Of a stretch of DNA of 64,000 nt, positions 39,458 to 49,214 are shown piece after piece. Within the stretch, counting starts at the first letter, position 1. Each line of letters opens with the position of its first letter. The position numbers were made by a program, and so were the translations under genes. Source of the stretch: an uncultured Acidobacteriota bacterium (GTDB taxonomy: Bacteria; Acidobacteriota; UBA890); assembly GCA_964455175.1 (NCBI GenBank), contig CAYVUW010000009.1, forward strand, positions 4,065 through 68,064, read 5' to 3'. Under the pieces are notes generated by a model, which did no database searches, had not been told where the DNA came from, and worked only from the letters and a program-made list of their open reading frames with translations.

Positions 39458-40480
39458 ATGCTGGTGTTCGGGATCGAGACATCCTGTGATGAAACTGCGG
39501 CGGCGGTGGTCGCCGACGGTTTTCATGTACTAAGCAACGTTGTCTCAAGCCAGATTGACCACGCTGCCTATGGCGGGGTTGTTCCAGAGCTTGCTGCCAG
39601 GCGACATGTGGAGAACCTCCCCTGGGTGGTGGAGGAGGCGTTCGACGAAGCCGAGGTCGAATGGGCAGATATCGATGGGATCGGTGTGACTCGAGGCCCG
39701 GGCCTGGTTGGCGCGCTGCTTGCTGGCTGGTGTTATGGCCGTGGCGCGGCACGATCGAGTGGGATCCCGTTCGTAGGCGTCAACCATTTAGAGGCGCACG
39801 TTCATGGCGCGTTGATGCCGACGCTAGAAGCTGGCAACCGCGTCGACTATCCACTGCTCGCACTGATTGTCTCTGGCGGACATACGATGCTGTACCGGTT
39901 GCCGACCGAGTCCGAATTTTGCCTCGCCGGTACTACCCTTGATGATGCCGCCGGCGAGGCTTTCGACAAGGTGTCGACATTGTTGGGACTCGGTTACCCA
40001 GGAGGCCCGGTCATTGATCAGCTCTCTGATGCGGGAGACCCGATGGGGGTGAATTTGCCTCGTTCTCGGCTGGCGAGCCCTTTTGACTTCTCATTTTCCG
40101 GTATAAAAGCAGCGGTGCGTCGCGAGGCCCTGCGGCAAAAGCTTGAGCCGGAACGACCTGACGACCAACGTGTCCTCGACTTGGCAGCTTCTTTTCAGTG
40201 CGCCGTCCTCGATATGCTTGAGGCGTCTACCGATGCCGCGCTGCGTCAGTTTCCGTCACGCGGGCTAGTAGTTGCTGGAGGGGTAGCAGCGAATCGTGGT
40301 TTGCGGTCTCGAATGGAGACACTTGCGGCGTGCTACGACGTGCCCTTGTATTTGTCGCCACTCGAACTGTCGACCGATAATGCAGCGATGGTTGCTGCAC
40401 AAGCGTATAGACGCCTAGTGGATGGTGAAGCCGACCCTTTTGACTTAACCGTACGAGCCAACTGGCCCTTGAGTGATTGA
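39458..40480 (+). CDS. tsaD: tRNA N6-adenosine threonylcarbamoyltransferase
   Basis: GIETSCDETAAAVV, VNHLEAH, GYPGGPVID and GGVAAN. Confidence 0.95.
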   Translation: MLVFGIETSCDETAAAVVADGFHVLSNVVSSQIDHAAYGGVVPELAARRHVENLPWVVEEAFDEAEVEWADIDGIGVTRGPGLVGALLAGWCYGRGAARSSGIPFVGVNHLEAHVHGALMPTLEAGNRVDYPLLALIVSGGHTMLYRLPTESEFCLAGTTLDDAAGEAFDKVSTLLGLGYPGGPVIDQLSDAGDPMGVNLPRSRLASPFDFSFSGIKAAVRREALRQKLEPERPDDQRVLDLAASFQCAVLDMLEASTDAALRQFPSRGLVVAGGVAANRGLRSRMETLAACYDVPLYLSPLELSTDNAAMVAAQAYRRLVDGEADPFDLTVRANWPLSD

Positions 40481-41378
40481 GCAACAGACTGTGATTGAAC
40501 GCGCGATCGGTGTCGACATCGGAGGCACTCGTACCAAGCTTGTTTTGCTTGAAGCCCCTGGCACCGTTATCGAGGCACGGGAGATTGGCTCTGACTTTGC
40601 TACCGCCGAGGCGGTGGTAGAGGTGATCACAATGGAGACTGCGGTGTGGCGCCAGTTGGATGAGGGTACGCCTCCCTCTCTGGGTTTAGCAGTTCCAGGT
40701 CTCGTAGAGCGCGATGCTGGCCGTGTCTTGTCGGCGCCGAACCTTAAAGTGCTCGACAATTTTGCTATCGCAATTGCGCTTGAGGCCACCACTGGATTGC
40801 ATGTTGAAGTTGACAACGATGCGCATACCTTTGGTTTGGCTGAAGCTCATCTGGGAGCGGCCGCAGGGTATGACAGTGCTGTTTGCTTGACCGTTGGTAC
40901 GGGGGTCGGCGGTGCTATCATCCATGCAGGAACGGTTTGGCGTGGCCATGGTGGCCTCGCTGGTGAGCTTGGACACTTGGTTCTCGATCCTGAGGCGTCC
41001 CAGTTTTTCGAGCAAGAGGTTGGTGGGGGTGCTGTCGTTGCCGAATATCGCCGACTAGCTGAAAATCCCACGGCCGATGTCGACGCAGAGGTCGTTGCAC
41101 GATTCGCTGACTCGGGAGATAACGCTGCCCGTCAAGCGTTGGCTTTGTGCGGTAGGCGTCTTGGAGTGGGTTTGGCTATTCTGGTGAACTTGCTGAATCC
41201 GCAGCGTATTGTTATCGGCGGCGGAGTGGTTGATGCCGGCGAATGGTTTCTCGGGCCGGCCCGCATCGAGGGAGAACGACGTGCTTGGGCGGAGTCCTGG
41301 GCCCAGTGTGAGGTAGTTCCGGCTGCGCTTGGTCCAATGGCAGGTGCAATTGGTGCAGCGTTACTGAGCTTAGAATAG
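40473..41378 (+). CDS. ROK-family sugar kinase (glucokinase-like)
   Basis: ATP-binding GVDIGGTRTK, the ROK motif GGLAGELGH and GGGV near the C-terminus. Confidence 0.75.
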   Translation: MIEQQTVIERAIGVDIGGTRTKLVLLEAPGTVIEAREIGSDFATAEAVVEVITMETAVWRQLDEGTPPSLGLAVPGLVERDAGRVLSAPNLKVLDNFAIAIALEATTGLHVEVDNDAHTFGLAEAHLGAAAGYDSAVCLTVGTGVGGAIIHAGTVWRGHGGLAGELGHLVLDPEASQFFEQEVGGGAVVAEYRRLAENPTADVDAEVVARFADSGDNAARQALALCGRRLGVGLAILVNLLNPQRIVIGGGVVDAGEWFLGPARIEGERRAWAESWAQCEVVPAALGPMAGAIGAALLSLE

Positions 41379-41499
41379 TCGAAATCAAGGCCTCCCTTTT
41401 AGTAAGGATGCCGATCTCAGTGTTCCACATTGTTTAGTTGGATTATGAACTGTTAGAAACTAATCGACGGCCCACCATTTTAATTAGGGGAAGATAGAA

Positions 41500-42162
41500 A
41501 TGCGCAAATCGGTGGTTCGTGAATACACCGAATCTATTCTGATCGCCGCCATCCTGGCGCTGTTCATCCGGACGTTCGTGTTCCAAGCTTTCAAGATCCC
41601 TACGGGATCTATGGAGGATCATCTTCTGGTAGGTGACCATATTCTAGTTAACAAGTTTGTATACGGTCCGACTGTGACGCCGCTTGAGGATTGGCTTCTT
41701 CCGTTACGTGACACCGACCGCCAAGATGTCATCGTTTTCCGTGCTCCGCAGGAACCCGACAAGGATTTCATTAAGCGGGTCATTGGCCTGCCCGGCGAGA
41801 ATGTCGTTGTTGAAGATGGCTCTGTGGTGATTAATGGGCAGTCAATCGATGATCCGTATGCTAACCATAAAGCGGCCTTTGGGGACAACTTCCAAGACAC
41901 GCGGGAGCCATTCGATGTGCCTGAAGGCGAGTATTTTGCGATGGGTGATAACCGTGAGAATAGCCGTGACTCACGGTATTGGGGTTCGGTACCTGCGTCG
42001 CACATAAAGGGCAAGGCAATGCTGGTTTACTGGTCATATGAGTCCGGCGACCAAGAATACGTTGTTGGAGGTATTCGGGAACGATTAATGCAGTTTGGCA
42101 ATGTGCTGCTTCATTTCTTTACCCGTACGCGTTGGAGTCGAACGTTCAAGATTATTGGTTAG
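41500..42162 (+). CDS. lepB: Signal peptidase I
   Basis: TM anchor, the catalytic Ser box IPTGSMEDHL, the Lys box KRVIGLPGE and GDNRENSRDSRYWG. Confidence 0.9.
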   Translation: MRKSVVREYTESILIAAILALFIRTFVFQAFKIPTGSMEDHLLVGDHILVNKFVYGPTVTPLEDWLLPLRDTDRQDVIVFRAPQEPDKDFIKRVIGLPGENVVVEDGSVVINGQSIDDPYANHKAAFGDNFQDTREPFDVPEGEYFAMGDNRENSRDSRYWGSVPASHIKGKAMLVYWSYESGDQEYVVGGIRERLMQFGNVLLHFFTRTRWSRTFKIIG

Positions 42163-42226
42163 AAGGCCGTGAGCAGCCTGTACTCGTGAATGGAAGAACC
42201 TAGAAGAACGGTAGAGGACTCAAGAA

Positions 42227-42619
42227 TTGGGGCTCGCTAAACTACTTGTTTGGCCTGGTAGATTGGAAAAGTCTCCGATCCTCAAGATCTTCGTGCTTAC
42301 CTTGACGGTCTCCGTAGTTTACTTCGCTATGAAGCTTGCCCCGGTACAGGCTTCTGCCTACCAGTTCGACGACGCGGTTCGGGACGAGGTGCTATTAGCC
42401 GCGGGCCGGCGGTCTTCGGACGATGCAATCAAGCGCAACTTGGTCGACCGTGCGGTCATGCTTGGTCTGCCGGTCCAACGTAGCGACATTAAGATCACTC
42501 GGCCAAACTCAACCTACATTGTCGTCGAAGTGAGCTACGAAGTGACGCTAGAATTCATTGGCGGGTATACGTACCAGTCGATTTTCTTGCCGAGGCACAA
42601 GGGCCGGCTGACTTTTTGA
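42227..42619 (+). CDS. Hypothetical membrane-anchored protein (DUF4845-like architecture)
   Basis: An N-terminal TM helix (ILKIFVLTLTVSVVYFAM) plus a ~90-aa soluble domain. A small DUF4845 protein often follows lepB in other bacteria. The assignment is by architecture only. Confidence 0.4.
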   Translation: MGLAKLLVWPGRLEKSPILKIFVLTLTVSVVYFAMKLAPVQASAYQFDDAVRDEVLLAAGRRSSDDAIKRNLVDRAVMLGLPVQRSDIKITRPNSTYIVVEVSYEVTLEFIGGYTYQSIFLPRHKGRLTF

Positions 42620-42642
42620 GCAAGTATGGTTCGGTCTTCCTC

Positions 42643-42891
42643 TCAGCGAAGCGTATTAGCTAATTGAGAAAGCGTTTGGACGAGGAACTGCTGCAGGAAT
42701 ACGACGATCATCAGGACTACTAACGGCGACATGTCGATGCCTGTCATCGGGGGAAGCCTGCGGCGGATTGGTCTTAGGATAGGTTCGGTGGCCGTATACA
42801 GAAACTGAGCGATGGGATTGTAGGGGTCAGCCTGAACCCAGGAGATCACGGCGCGACCAAAGACCAGTATCAGTAGGAAGGTTAGGCCCAT
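42643..42891 (-). CDS. yggT: YggT/Ycf19-family membrane protein
   Basis: 82 aa with two TM helices. The motif ISWVQADPYNPI..FLY.ATEPILRPIRR is typical of YggT. Confidence 0.75.
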   Translation of the reverse strand: MGLTFLLILVFGRAVISWVQADPYNPIAQFLYTATEPILRPIRRRLPPMTGIDMSPLVVLMIVVFLQQFLVQTLSQLANTLR

Positions 42892-42988
42892 GTCGACAAC
42901 CCTGGCAATTGCTTCGATTAGATTGGCGAGTACGAACAGAGCATCCTCCCCGTGGTGTCCCTGACTTGGTCATTCCGTGTTACGACGA

Positions 42989-43675
42989 TCAGGGGGAACG
43001 TTTCCCAAAGATAGCGGTCCCAACCCTTACAATGGTAGCGCCCTCTTCAATTGCTACCTCAAAATCACCACTCATCCCCATCGACAGGCCGAGGCTTCCA
43101 AACTCTGTGTTTGAAGCCATTATTTCGTTCCGTAGCCGGCGCAAATTGGCGAAGTATGGTCTTGAAGCTTCAGGGTTGGGTGCATATGGGGCCATTGTCA
43201 TTAGCCCCTGTAGTTTTAGGCCATTAGCTTCGTGTACCTGGCGGCAGATGGCAGTGATCTCGGGAAGCTGGGTTTCGATTAGTGATTTGGTCGATTGATC
43301 AATTTGTACGTAGACTCGTACGCTTCGATCGGCGGCTGTGGCCGAGGCCGAGAGTCGGGACACTGATGAGGCCTTTCGGACCGAGTGAATGGCGTCGAAT
43401 AGGCGCGCCGCCAACATTGCCTTATTGCTTTGCAACGGGCCAATAAAGTGCCACTCTGCATCTCCCTTGACTTCGGGTATCTTGTCATTGGCTTCTTGCA
43501 CACGGCTTTCACCCAAGGCGTGTGCTCCCAATGCCAATGCCGCCTCAATGCGAGAAATGTCGATGCGTTTGGATACTGCTAGTAGGGTGATTTCATCAGG
43601 CTCGCGCCCCGCCCGATGCGCTGCAGCCACGATTTGTTCCTCTACAGATTCCAGGTTGCACTCGATATCACGCAT
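42989..43675 (-). CDS. yggS: PLP-homeostasis protein YggS/YlmE (alanine-racemase-fold PLP-binding)
   Basis: The PLP-lysine context LLAVSKR, HFIGPLQSNK, LSMGMSGDFEVAIEEGAT.VRVGTAIFG. Confidence 0.9.
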   Translation of the reverse strand: MRDIECNLESVEEQIVAAAHRAGREPDEITLLAVSKRIDISRIEAALALGAHALGESRVQEANDKIPEVKGDAEWHFIGPLQSNKAMLAARLFDAIHSVRKASSVSRLSASATAADRSVRVYVQIDQSTKSLIETQLPEITAICRQVHEANGLKLQGLMTMAPYAPNPEASRPYFANLRRLRNEIMASNTEFGSLGLSMGMSGDFEVAIEEGATIVRVGTAIFGKRSP

Positions 43676-43756
43676 TTAGGTGGATGGTAGCACCGGGCCG
43701 TGCTTTGCTTGATATAGGTGTCGGCGGCGGAAGTCCTTCTAAGTGATTAGACATGC

Positions 43757-45583
43757 CTAGTTGGTTCCTGGGGGTGCGAAAAGTACCTTCGGTGGCACCG
43801 GTTCCGCGAGAGTCATATTTGCCTGTCGAAGGTACACTTGCCCCTTGGGACCCTTCCTTGGCTTTCTGACATGCTTGGCTTGCGTCCAGCGCACGTTTGC
43901 CTTGGTGGCGCCTCGCGCTGAGCTAAAGTATGCCGCCAACGAGGCCGCTTCTTGTAGGGCTACCTGGCTTGGTTCCTTGATGCGGCCGGGGTTGCGAATA
44001 ACAACGTGAGATCCGGGCCCTTCAGCGTGAAGCCAAAAATCATTTGGGCGGGCGAGCTTGTGGGTTACTCGTTCATTGGCGTCCGCGTTGCGGCCAACGA
44101 AGATCTTGAAGCCATCGCTTGATGTGAACACGTCGATGCCTGCTCCGGGCATAAATTTGTCTTGGCCATGTCTCGTGCGGCGTGACTTCTTGGATGAGCG
44201 ATTGGCCGTTTCTATGGAAGGTGTCTCTTCCCCAATTGCACTCTTCTCAGATGACAGAGGGGCCTCCGGGATGATCCACTTGCTAGTAGCGATCTTCACG
44301 CCTTGCGTTAAGGCGCCCTTCGCAAGGCGCTGACAGTCTCGAATCTCCTGTGCAACGGTAACTTTTGACGAAAGCTGACGCAGGGCTTTGATACGGGCTT
44401 CGAGTTCGCGACATCTCTCAGTGGTACGCGTCGCGCTCCGCTGAGCACGTCGGGCCCGCCTGTAATAAATTTGCGCGTTGTCGACTACTGACCTCGATGG
44501 ATCAACGGTTATGTCCACTGGATCGCCATCTCCGAAAGCATTGGGAACACGGACGATGGCTTGGGTTGGCTTGGCGTGTGGATGTGTTAATAACAAGTCG
44601 GCCCAACGTCGGTGTTGTTTAGCATCACCGGCCGCATTGGAATCTGCTGATACTGCGTCAAGCGTGCGCAGGAGACGAATAATCCCACCATCAATCCCTG
44701 ACTTTAGACTATGATGCGCTATCTCCAGTGCCATCAATCTGGCTTGTAGAGGATAGAAGGTGGCTACGGCGCCGCTGAGGTTTGGGAACTCCTTTACGTA
44801 CAGGGTTTGGGATCCTTTCTCGATATGCCGCATTCGGAACGGTGCTACCAGGAATTTGCGTGCGGCAGGAAGGCAGCCTAGTTCACTGAGCCTTACAGGT
44901 GAATATATACGGGCAGCCATCGGCTCCTTTACAGCTCGTTCCATCTCCATTTGAGCCGCCATCCTCAGGGGTACCCCACTGTGGTGTCGGGCGGTGATTT
45001 CACGCGCCGTGAGTGGAGACATGCCTGCAATGGAGCGCAGTAAGCCACGGACAAGGTCGTTATCATCCACAGAGGAGTTCAGTGAGTTCCAAATTTTGGC
45101 GTCGAGATCTCCAATCGTGGCCCGCCCATCTGCCACTGGGGCGGTGTATGGTTCGCCGACTGCGGGGCGTCCGCGCTGTGGTTTCCACGCTGCACAAACT
45201 CGTTCAGTGTGGTCGACAACCAGGGCAGTGGCACGGCGGGGTATAAGTTCAAAAACGACTCGAATTGCATCGGTGCCAGTAGTACGAAGCTCGACAATGC
45301 GCTCGCCTGGCACAGCTTGAATTGCTTCGATCCGCCGGCCGTTCAAGAGTCGGCGGGCAGCCATGGCGAAGCCAGGAGGTTGCTTTGGTGTGGGATAGCG
45401 TCCTGGGCGCAAGTACAGATGTGGCTGATTGGGAGCGGCCGAAAACCATAGACGCAAGGTCTTCCCCGAACCACATACGAAAATAACATCGTTTTTCGGC
45501 AACGCGTACACTTGTCTGATTCGGGTTCCACGCAGCTTCACATCCAGTTCGGCTGTCAGACGCTGCAAGACTAATGTGTCCAC
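43757..45583 (-). CDS. rqcH: NFACT-family protein (RqcH/FbpA homologue, ribosome-associated quality control)
   Basis: An N-terminal NFACT-N-like domain, a central coiled-coil and a C-terminal NFACT-R/DUF814 segment (SSDGFKIFVGRNADANERVTHKLARPNDFWLHAEGPGSHVVI). Confidence 0.8.
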   Translation of the reverse strand: MDTLVLQRLTAELDVKLRGTRIRQVYALPKNDVIFVCGSGKTLRLWFSAAPNQPHLYLRPGRYPTPKQPPGFAMAARRLLNGRRIEAIQAVPGERIVELRTTGTDAIRVVFELIPRRATALVVDHTERVCAAWKPQRGRPAVGEPYTAPVADGRATIGDLDAKIWNSLNSSVDDNDLVRGLLRSIAGMSPLTAREITARHHSGVPLRMAAQMEMERAVKEPMAARIYSPVRLSELGCLPAARKFLVAPFRMRHIEKGSQTLYVKEFPNLSGAVATFYPLQARLMALEIAHHSLKSGIDGGIIRLLRTLDAVSADSNAAGDAKQHRRWADLLLTHPHAKPTQAIVRVPNAFGDGDPVDITVDPSRSVVDNAQIYYRRARRAQRSATRTTERCRELEARIKALRQLSSKVTVAQEIRDCQRLAKGALTQGVKIATSKWIIPEAPLSSEKSAIGEETPSIETANRSSKKSRRTRHGQDKFMPGAGIDVFTSSDGFKIFVGRNADANERVTHKLARPNDFWLHAEGPGSHVVIRNPGRIKEPSQVALQEAASLAAYFSSARGATKANVRWTQAKHVRKPRKGPKGQVYLRQANMTLAEPVPPKVLFAPPGTN

Positions 45584-45597
45584 GTCATTGATCCCGT

Positions 45598-45638
45598 TTT
45601 AAATAAAAGAAAATGCCCCGCGGCAAGTGCCGCGGGGC
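45598..45638 (-). terminator. Rho-independent terminator downstream of the SLT gene
   Basis: A perfect 10-bp stem GCCCCGCGGC/GCCGCGGGGC (45615-45638) with a 4-nt loop. On the minus strand it is followed by ATTTTCTTTTATTT. Confidence 0.65.
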
Positions 45639-45687
45639 TAGTAGGGGCGCGATCCTGTCAATAACACCATGCCGCTCAGGCGAGAGT

Positions 45688-46383
45688 TCAGTCCCGTCGT
45701 TCTTCGAAGAAGCTTTGCCGCAGATTCTCGGTCATCTTGCGGACCTGCCGTGCATAGATTGCTGGCGGTCGACCACGCTCCTCTAACAGAGTGTCAAATT
45801 TCGTTGGGCCGACGTTATAAGCTGCCAGAGCGTAATCAAGGCCGTGTTTGTCGTAACGTTTTAGTAAAGAATACAGATAGGAGGTGCCAAGGAGAATGTT
45901 GATCTGTGGGTCGGTAAGCAGTCGCTGGCCATTCCACTCAAGTTCGAGTTGATCGGCGACCGCTCGAGCTGTAGCGGGGCGCAGCTGCATAAGGCCGATG
46001 GCCCCTGCTTCAGACTCAGCATAAACGTCAAAGCGACTTTCTGTGAAGATCATCGCGAGAATAAGCTCCGGCTCTAGATCATACTGTTGGCTGACCTCGA
46101 TGATGCTATGAGCGATCCCCCGCTGCTTGTGCCTTGGGACATTGATGTTGTTAGCATCCAGGACGTCACGAACGCTGGTTTCGATACGCAAAGATTCAAG
46201 CTCGGCTTCCACTTCGGCTATAACTGCGTAGTGAGTGCCGCGCTGTCGTTCTAACTTATCCAGTTCGGTGGTTTGGTACTGAAACGCCTGCACGAGAATA
46301 AGGCAAAGCCCCATCATCCCCAGCGTCAGCCACCGCATTGGACTACACATGGTGTTCAACTCCTTGTTCGACGTCGAAGGCAC
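45688..46383 (-). CDS. Lytic transglycosylase (SLT domain) with N-terminal membrane anchor/signal
   Basis: SLT catalytic motif IFTESRFDVYAESEAGAIGLMQL and AYNVGP. The N-terminus is hydrophobic (WLTLGMMGLCLILV). Confidence 0.8.
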   Translation of the reverse strand: MPSTSNKELNTMCSPMRWLTLGMMGLCLILVQAFQYQTTELDKLERQRGTHYAVIAEVEAELESLRIETSVRDVLDANNINVPRHKQRGIAHSIIEVSQQYDLEPELILAMIFTESRFDVYAESEAGAIGLMQLRPATARAVADQLELEWNGQRLLTDPQINILLGTSYLYSLLKRYDKHGLDYALAAYNVGPTKFDTLLEERGRPPAIYARQVRKMTENLRQSFFEERRD

Positions 46384-46757
46384 ATCTAGGCTCAGGTGTT
46401 GCTAGATGGCGTGTTTTCTCTTCGAGTCTTTGAGGGAACACGGACGACATTTTGTCGTTCGTGTTATTGCCCGCCAGCGGGGGGGCCGTCAGAACTTCGA
46501 CGTAGCTAGCGAGTGGCTCCTACTCTATTTTTGGGGAGCCGAGATTATGATCTAAGTAGATAAAAATTTTAGGTGCTGAAATCAGCGTTCGCAAGGAAGA
46601 TGCGAAACTGAACTGATCATCATTGGCAACGCGCTAGACAAGCTGTTCTTAAAAGATCATATGTGTTGATTATTATCTTATACTGTCTATCAGTAGGCAA
46701 AAAGCTCGGCTCCAGGAAGGTTGAATTCGTGCTCCTAGACACCGCTGAGACGTCGAG

Positions 46758-46787
46758 TTGACAGGTTCGGCACTACGCCCCGATAAT
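46758..46787 (+). promoter_or_regulatory. Candidate sigma-70 promoter upstream of gap
   Basis: TTGACA (46758-46763), an 18-nt spacer, then GATAAT (46782-46787), about 135 nt upstream of the gap ATG. Confidence 0.35.
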
Positions 46788-46922
46788 GCCTTTTAACGAA
46801 GGTTTTCTGCGGGTTTCGCGACCCTCATGAGGGATGGTCAACTAGTTTCTAAAAACGCTTGTTGACTGTGCTTATCCTTCGTTCATCGATGCTCTTGAAC
46901 CATTTTTTAGAAGGAGATTGCT

Positions 46923-47936
46923 ATGTCCGCGCGTGTAGCCATTAATGGCTTTGGACGCATTGGTCGGAACACGTTGCGAGCTGCGGTTCGTGATACGGCC
47001 GACATCGAAATCGTTGCGCTTAACGACCTTACCGACCCCAACACGCTTGCCCACCTGTTGAAATATGATTCAGTGCACGGGGCATTCCAAGGGACAGTCG
47101 AAGTTGGTGACAGCGCGCTTAATATTAACGGGAACGCCGTAGCGGTTCTTTCTGAGAGAGATCCTGCCAATCTTCCTTGGGGGGATCTAGGCATTGATGT
47201 CGTCATCGAATCGACAGGGTTCTTTCATGCCCGACCAGACGCCCAGAAACATCTTGATGCTGGTGCCAAGAAAGTCCTGATCTCTGCGCCCGCGAAGGAT
47301 CCCGATGTGACGCTGTGCCTTGGTGTTAACACTGAGACCTACGACCCCGGTAACCATCACATTATTTCCAACGCTTCGTGCACGACCAACTGCTTAGCTC
47401 CGGTTGCAAAAGTCATTAACGAGCAGTTTGGACTTGAGCGTGGTTGGATGACCACGATTCACGCTTATACGAGCGACCAGCGAATTCAGGATTTGCCACA
47501 CGGCGATCTGCGCAGGGCTCGAGCCTCAGCGGTATCGATGATTCCCACGACAACTGGCGCCGCCAAGGCGGTGGGTCTAGTGCTCCCCGATCTGGTCGGC
47601 AAGCTTGATGGTTGTGCCGTTCGCGTTCCGACCCCAAACGTTTCTATGGTTGATTTGGTAGCCCACGTGGAAACCAGAACCTCAGCGGACGAAGTCAACG
47701 ATGCTTTTCGTGCTGCGGCAGGAACCGAGTCACTTCAGGGAATACTCGTGGTCTCCGAAGAGCCCTTGGTGTCAATCGATTACAACGGCAATCCAGCTTC
47801 ATCGACTGTGGACGCGGGCTTTACAAGTGTTGTTGACGGCACTTTGGTGCAAGTAATGTCGTGGTACGACAACGAGATGGGTTATTCGACTCGCTTGAAA
47901 GATCTCGCTGAGTACGTTGGTGTCCAGCTCGGCTGA
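46923..47936 (+). CDS. gap: Glyceraldehyde-3-phosphate dehydrogenase
   Basis: INGFGRIGR and the active site SNASCTTNCLAP. The RBS AGGAG precedes the ATG. Confidence 0.95.
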   Translation: MSARVAINGFGRIGRNTLRAAVRDTADIEIVALNDLTDPNTLAHLLKYDSVHGAFQGTVEVGDSALNINGNAVAVLSERDPANLPWGDLGIDVVIESTGFFHARPDAQKHLDAGAKKVLISAPAKDPDVTLCLGVNTETYDPGNHHIISNASCTTNCLAPVAKVINEQFGLERGWMTTIHAYTSDQRIQDLPHGDLRRARASAVSMIPTTTGAAKAVGLVLPDLVGKLDGCAVRVPTPNVSMVDLVAHVETRTSADEVNDAFRAAAGTESLQGILVVSEEPLVSIDYNGNPASSTVDAGFTSVVDGTLVQVMSWYDNEMGYSTRLKDLAEYVGVQLG

Positions 47937-49131
47937 AGCTCTCGCTGGAAAGCTGCGGGTCGATGACCTAGAACCTCATGGTCGTCGTGTCCTGCTGCGT
48001 GGCGACCTGAATCTTCCGGTTCAGGATGGCGTAGTTACTGATATGACTCGAGTGATCGCAATGCTTCCAACCTTACGAGCATTGCTTGGTGCCGGTGCGG
48101 CGGTTGTAGTTATGTCGCACCGCGGGCGTCCCAATGGTGAAACCCCCGAGGAATTCAGTATGGCGCCTGTTGCTGAGGCAATGCGCCTGGTACTCGGCCA
48201 CGAGGTGATACTCCTAGAGGATTGCATAGGGGACAAAGTCGAAACAGCGGTACAAGCATTGGTTCCAGGTGACGTGGCTCTCCTCGGAAATCTCCGCTGT
48301 CATCCTGGCGAGACTTCTAATGATGCCGAATTTTCTCGCAGGCTTGCGAGCCTTGCAGATCTTTACGTCGACGACGCCTTCGGCGCAGTGCACCGGGCGC
48401 ACGCTTCGATCATAGGCGTGCCACCACTTGTCGAGGTCGCCGCGGCTGGCTATCTACTTGAGCTTGAGGTGCAGATGTTGAGCCGTTGTATGGACGAACC
48501 CGCCAAGCCGTTCGTTTTGGTTGCCGGGGGCGCTAAGGTAAGTGACAAGCTCGATGCTCTCGCTAATCTCATGCCGTTGGTCGACCACTTAATCATTGGG
48601 GGAGCCATGGCTAACACGGTGTTGACCTACCAAGGTATCGATATGGGCAATTCACGCATTGAAGAGGATGCGATTGAGCTGGCCGCTGTTTTGCTTGAGC
48701 GGGCAGACTTAAATGGGGTCGAGGTACTGTTACCCAATGACTTCGTCGTTGCCGCGGATCTCGGTGACGCGGCTTCCGCCCGGGTTGTTCGCCAGATTCC
48801 GGCGACCACGATGGTGTTTGACATTGGCCCGGAGAGTATCGAGCGGTTCGCATCCGCTATTGCGGATGCACAGACTGTCTTGTGGAACGGTCCCATGGGG
48901 GTGTTTGAGATTGACGAGTTGGCCGGTGGGACCCAGGGTATTGGGTCGGCTATCGCAGACGTTATGGGGCGCGGAGGCATTAGCATCGTTGGTGGTGGGG
49001 ACACTGCAGCAGCAGTTTCAGCAGCGGGCCTGTCAAGCTCAATGACCCACGTCTCGACTGGTGGTGGAGCGTCGCTCGATCTATTGAGCGGGAGCGTTCT
49101 TCCAGGGATTGTGGCGCTCACAGATCGGTGA
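47917..49131 (+). CDS. pgk: Phosphoglycerate kinase
   Basis: GRRVLLRGDLNLP, and GGAKVSDK, GPMGVFE, GGGDT. The start is TTG 47917 or GTG 47920 and overlaps the end of gap. Confidence 0.93.
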   Translation: MVSSSAEALAGKLRVDDLEPHGRRVLLRGDLNLPVQDGVVTDMTRVIAMLPTLRALLGAGAAVVVMSHRGRPNGETPEEFSMAPVAEAMRLVLGHEVILLEDCIGDKVETAVQALVPGDVALLGNLRCHPGETSNDAEFSRRLASLADLYVDDAFGAVHRAHASIIGVPPLVEVAAAGYLLELEVQMLSRCMDEPAKPFVLVAGGAKVSDKLDALANLMPLVDHLIIGGAMANTVLTYQGIDMGNSRIEEDAIELAAVLLERADLNGVEVLLPNDFVVAADLGDAASARVVRQIPATTMVFDIGPESIERFASAIADAQTVLWNGPMGVFEIDELAGGTQGIGSAIADVMGRGGISIVGGGDTAAAVSAAGLSSSMTHVSTGGGASLDLLSGSVLPGIVALTDR

Positions 49132-49214
49132 GCTTGCGAATGCCCCATGGTAGTGAATAGAACAACTGGACTTTCAATGAAATTAAAGCAGGTCGTCAAT
49201 GTGTGGGAGGTTCT

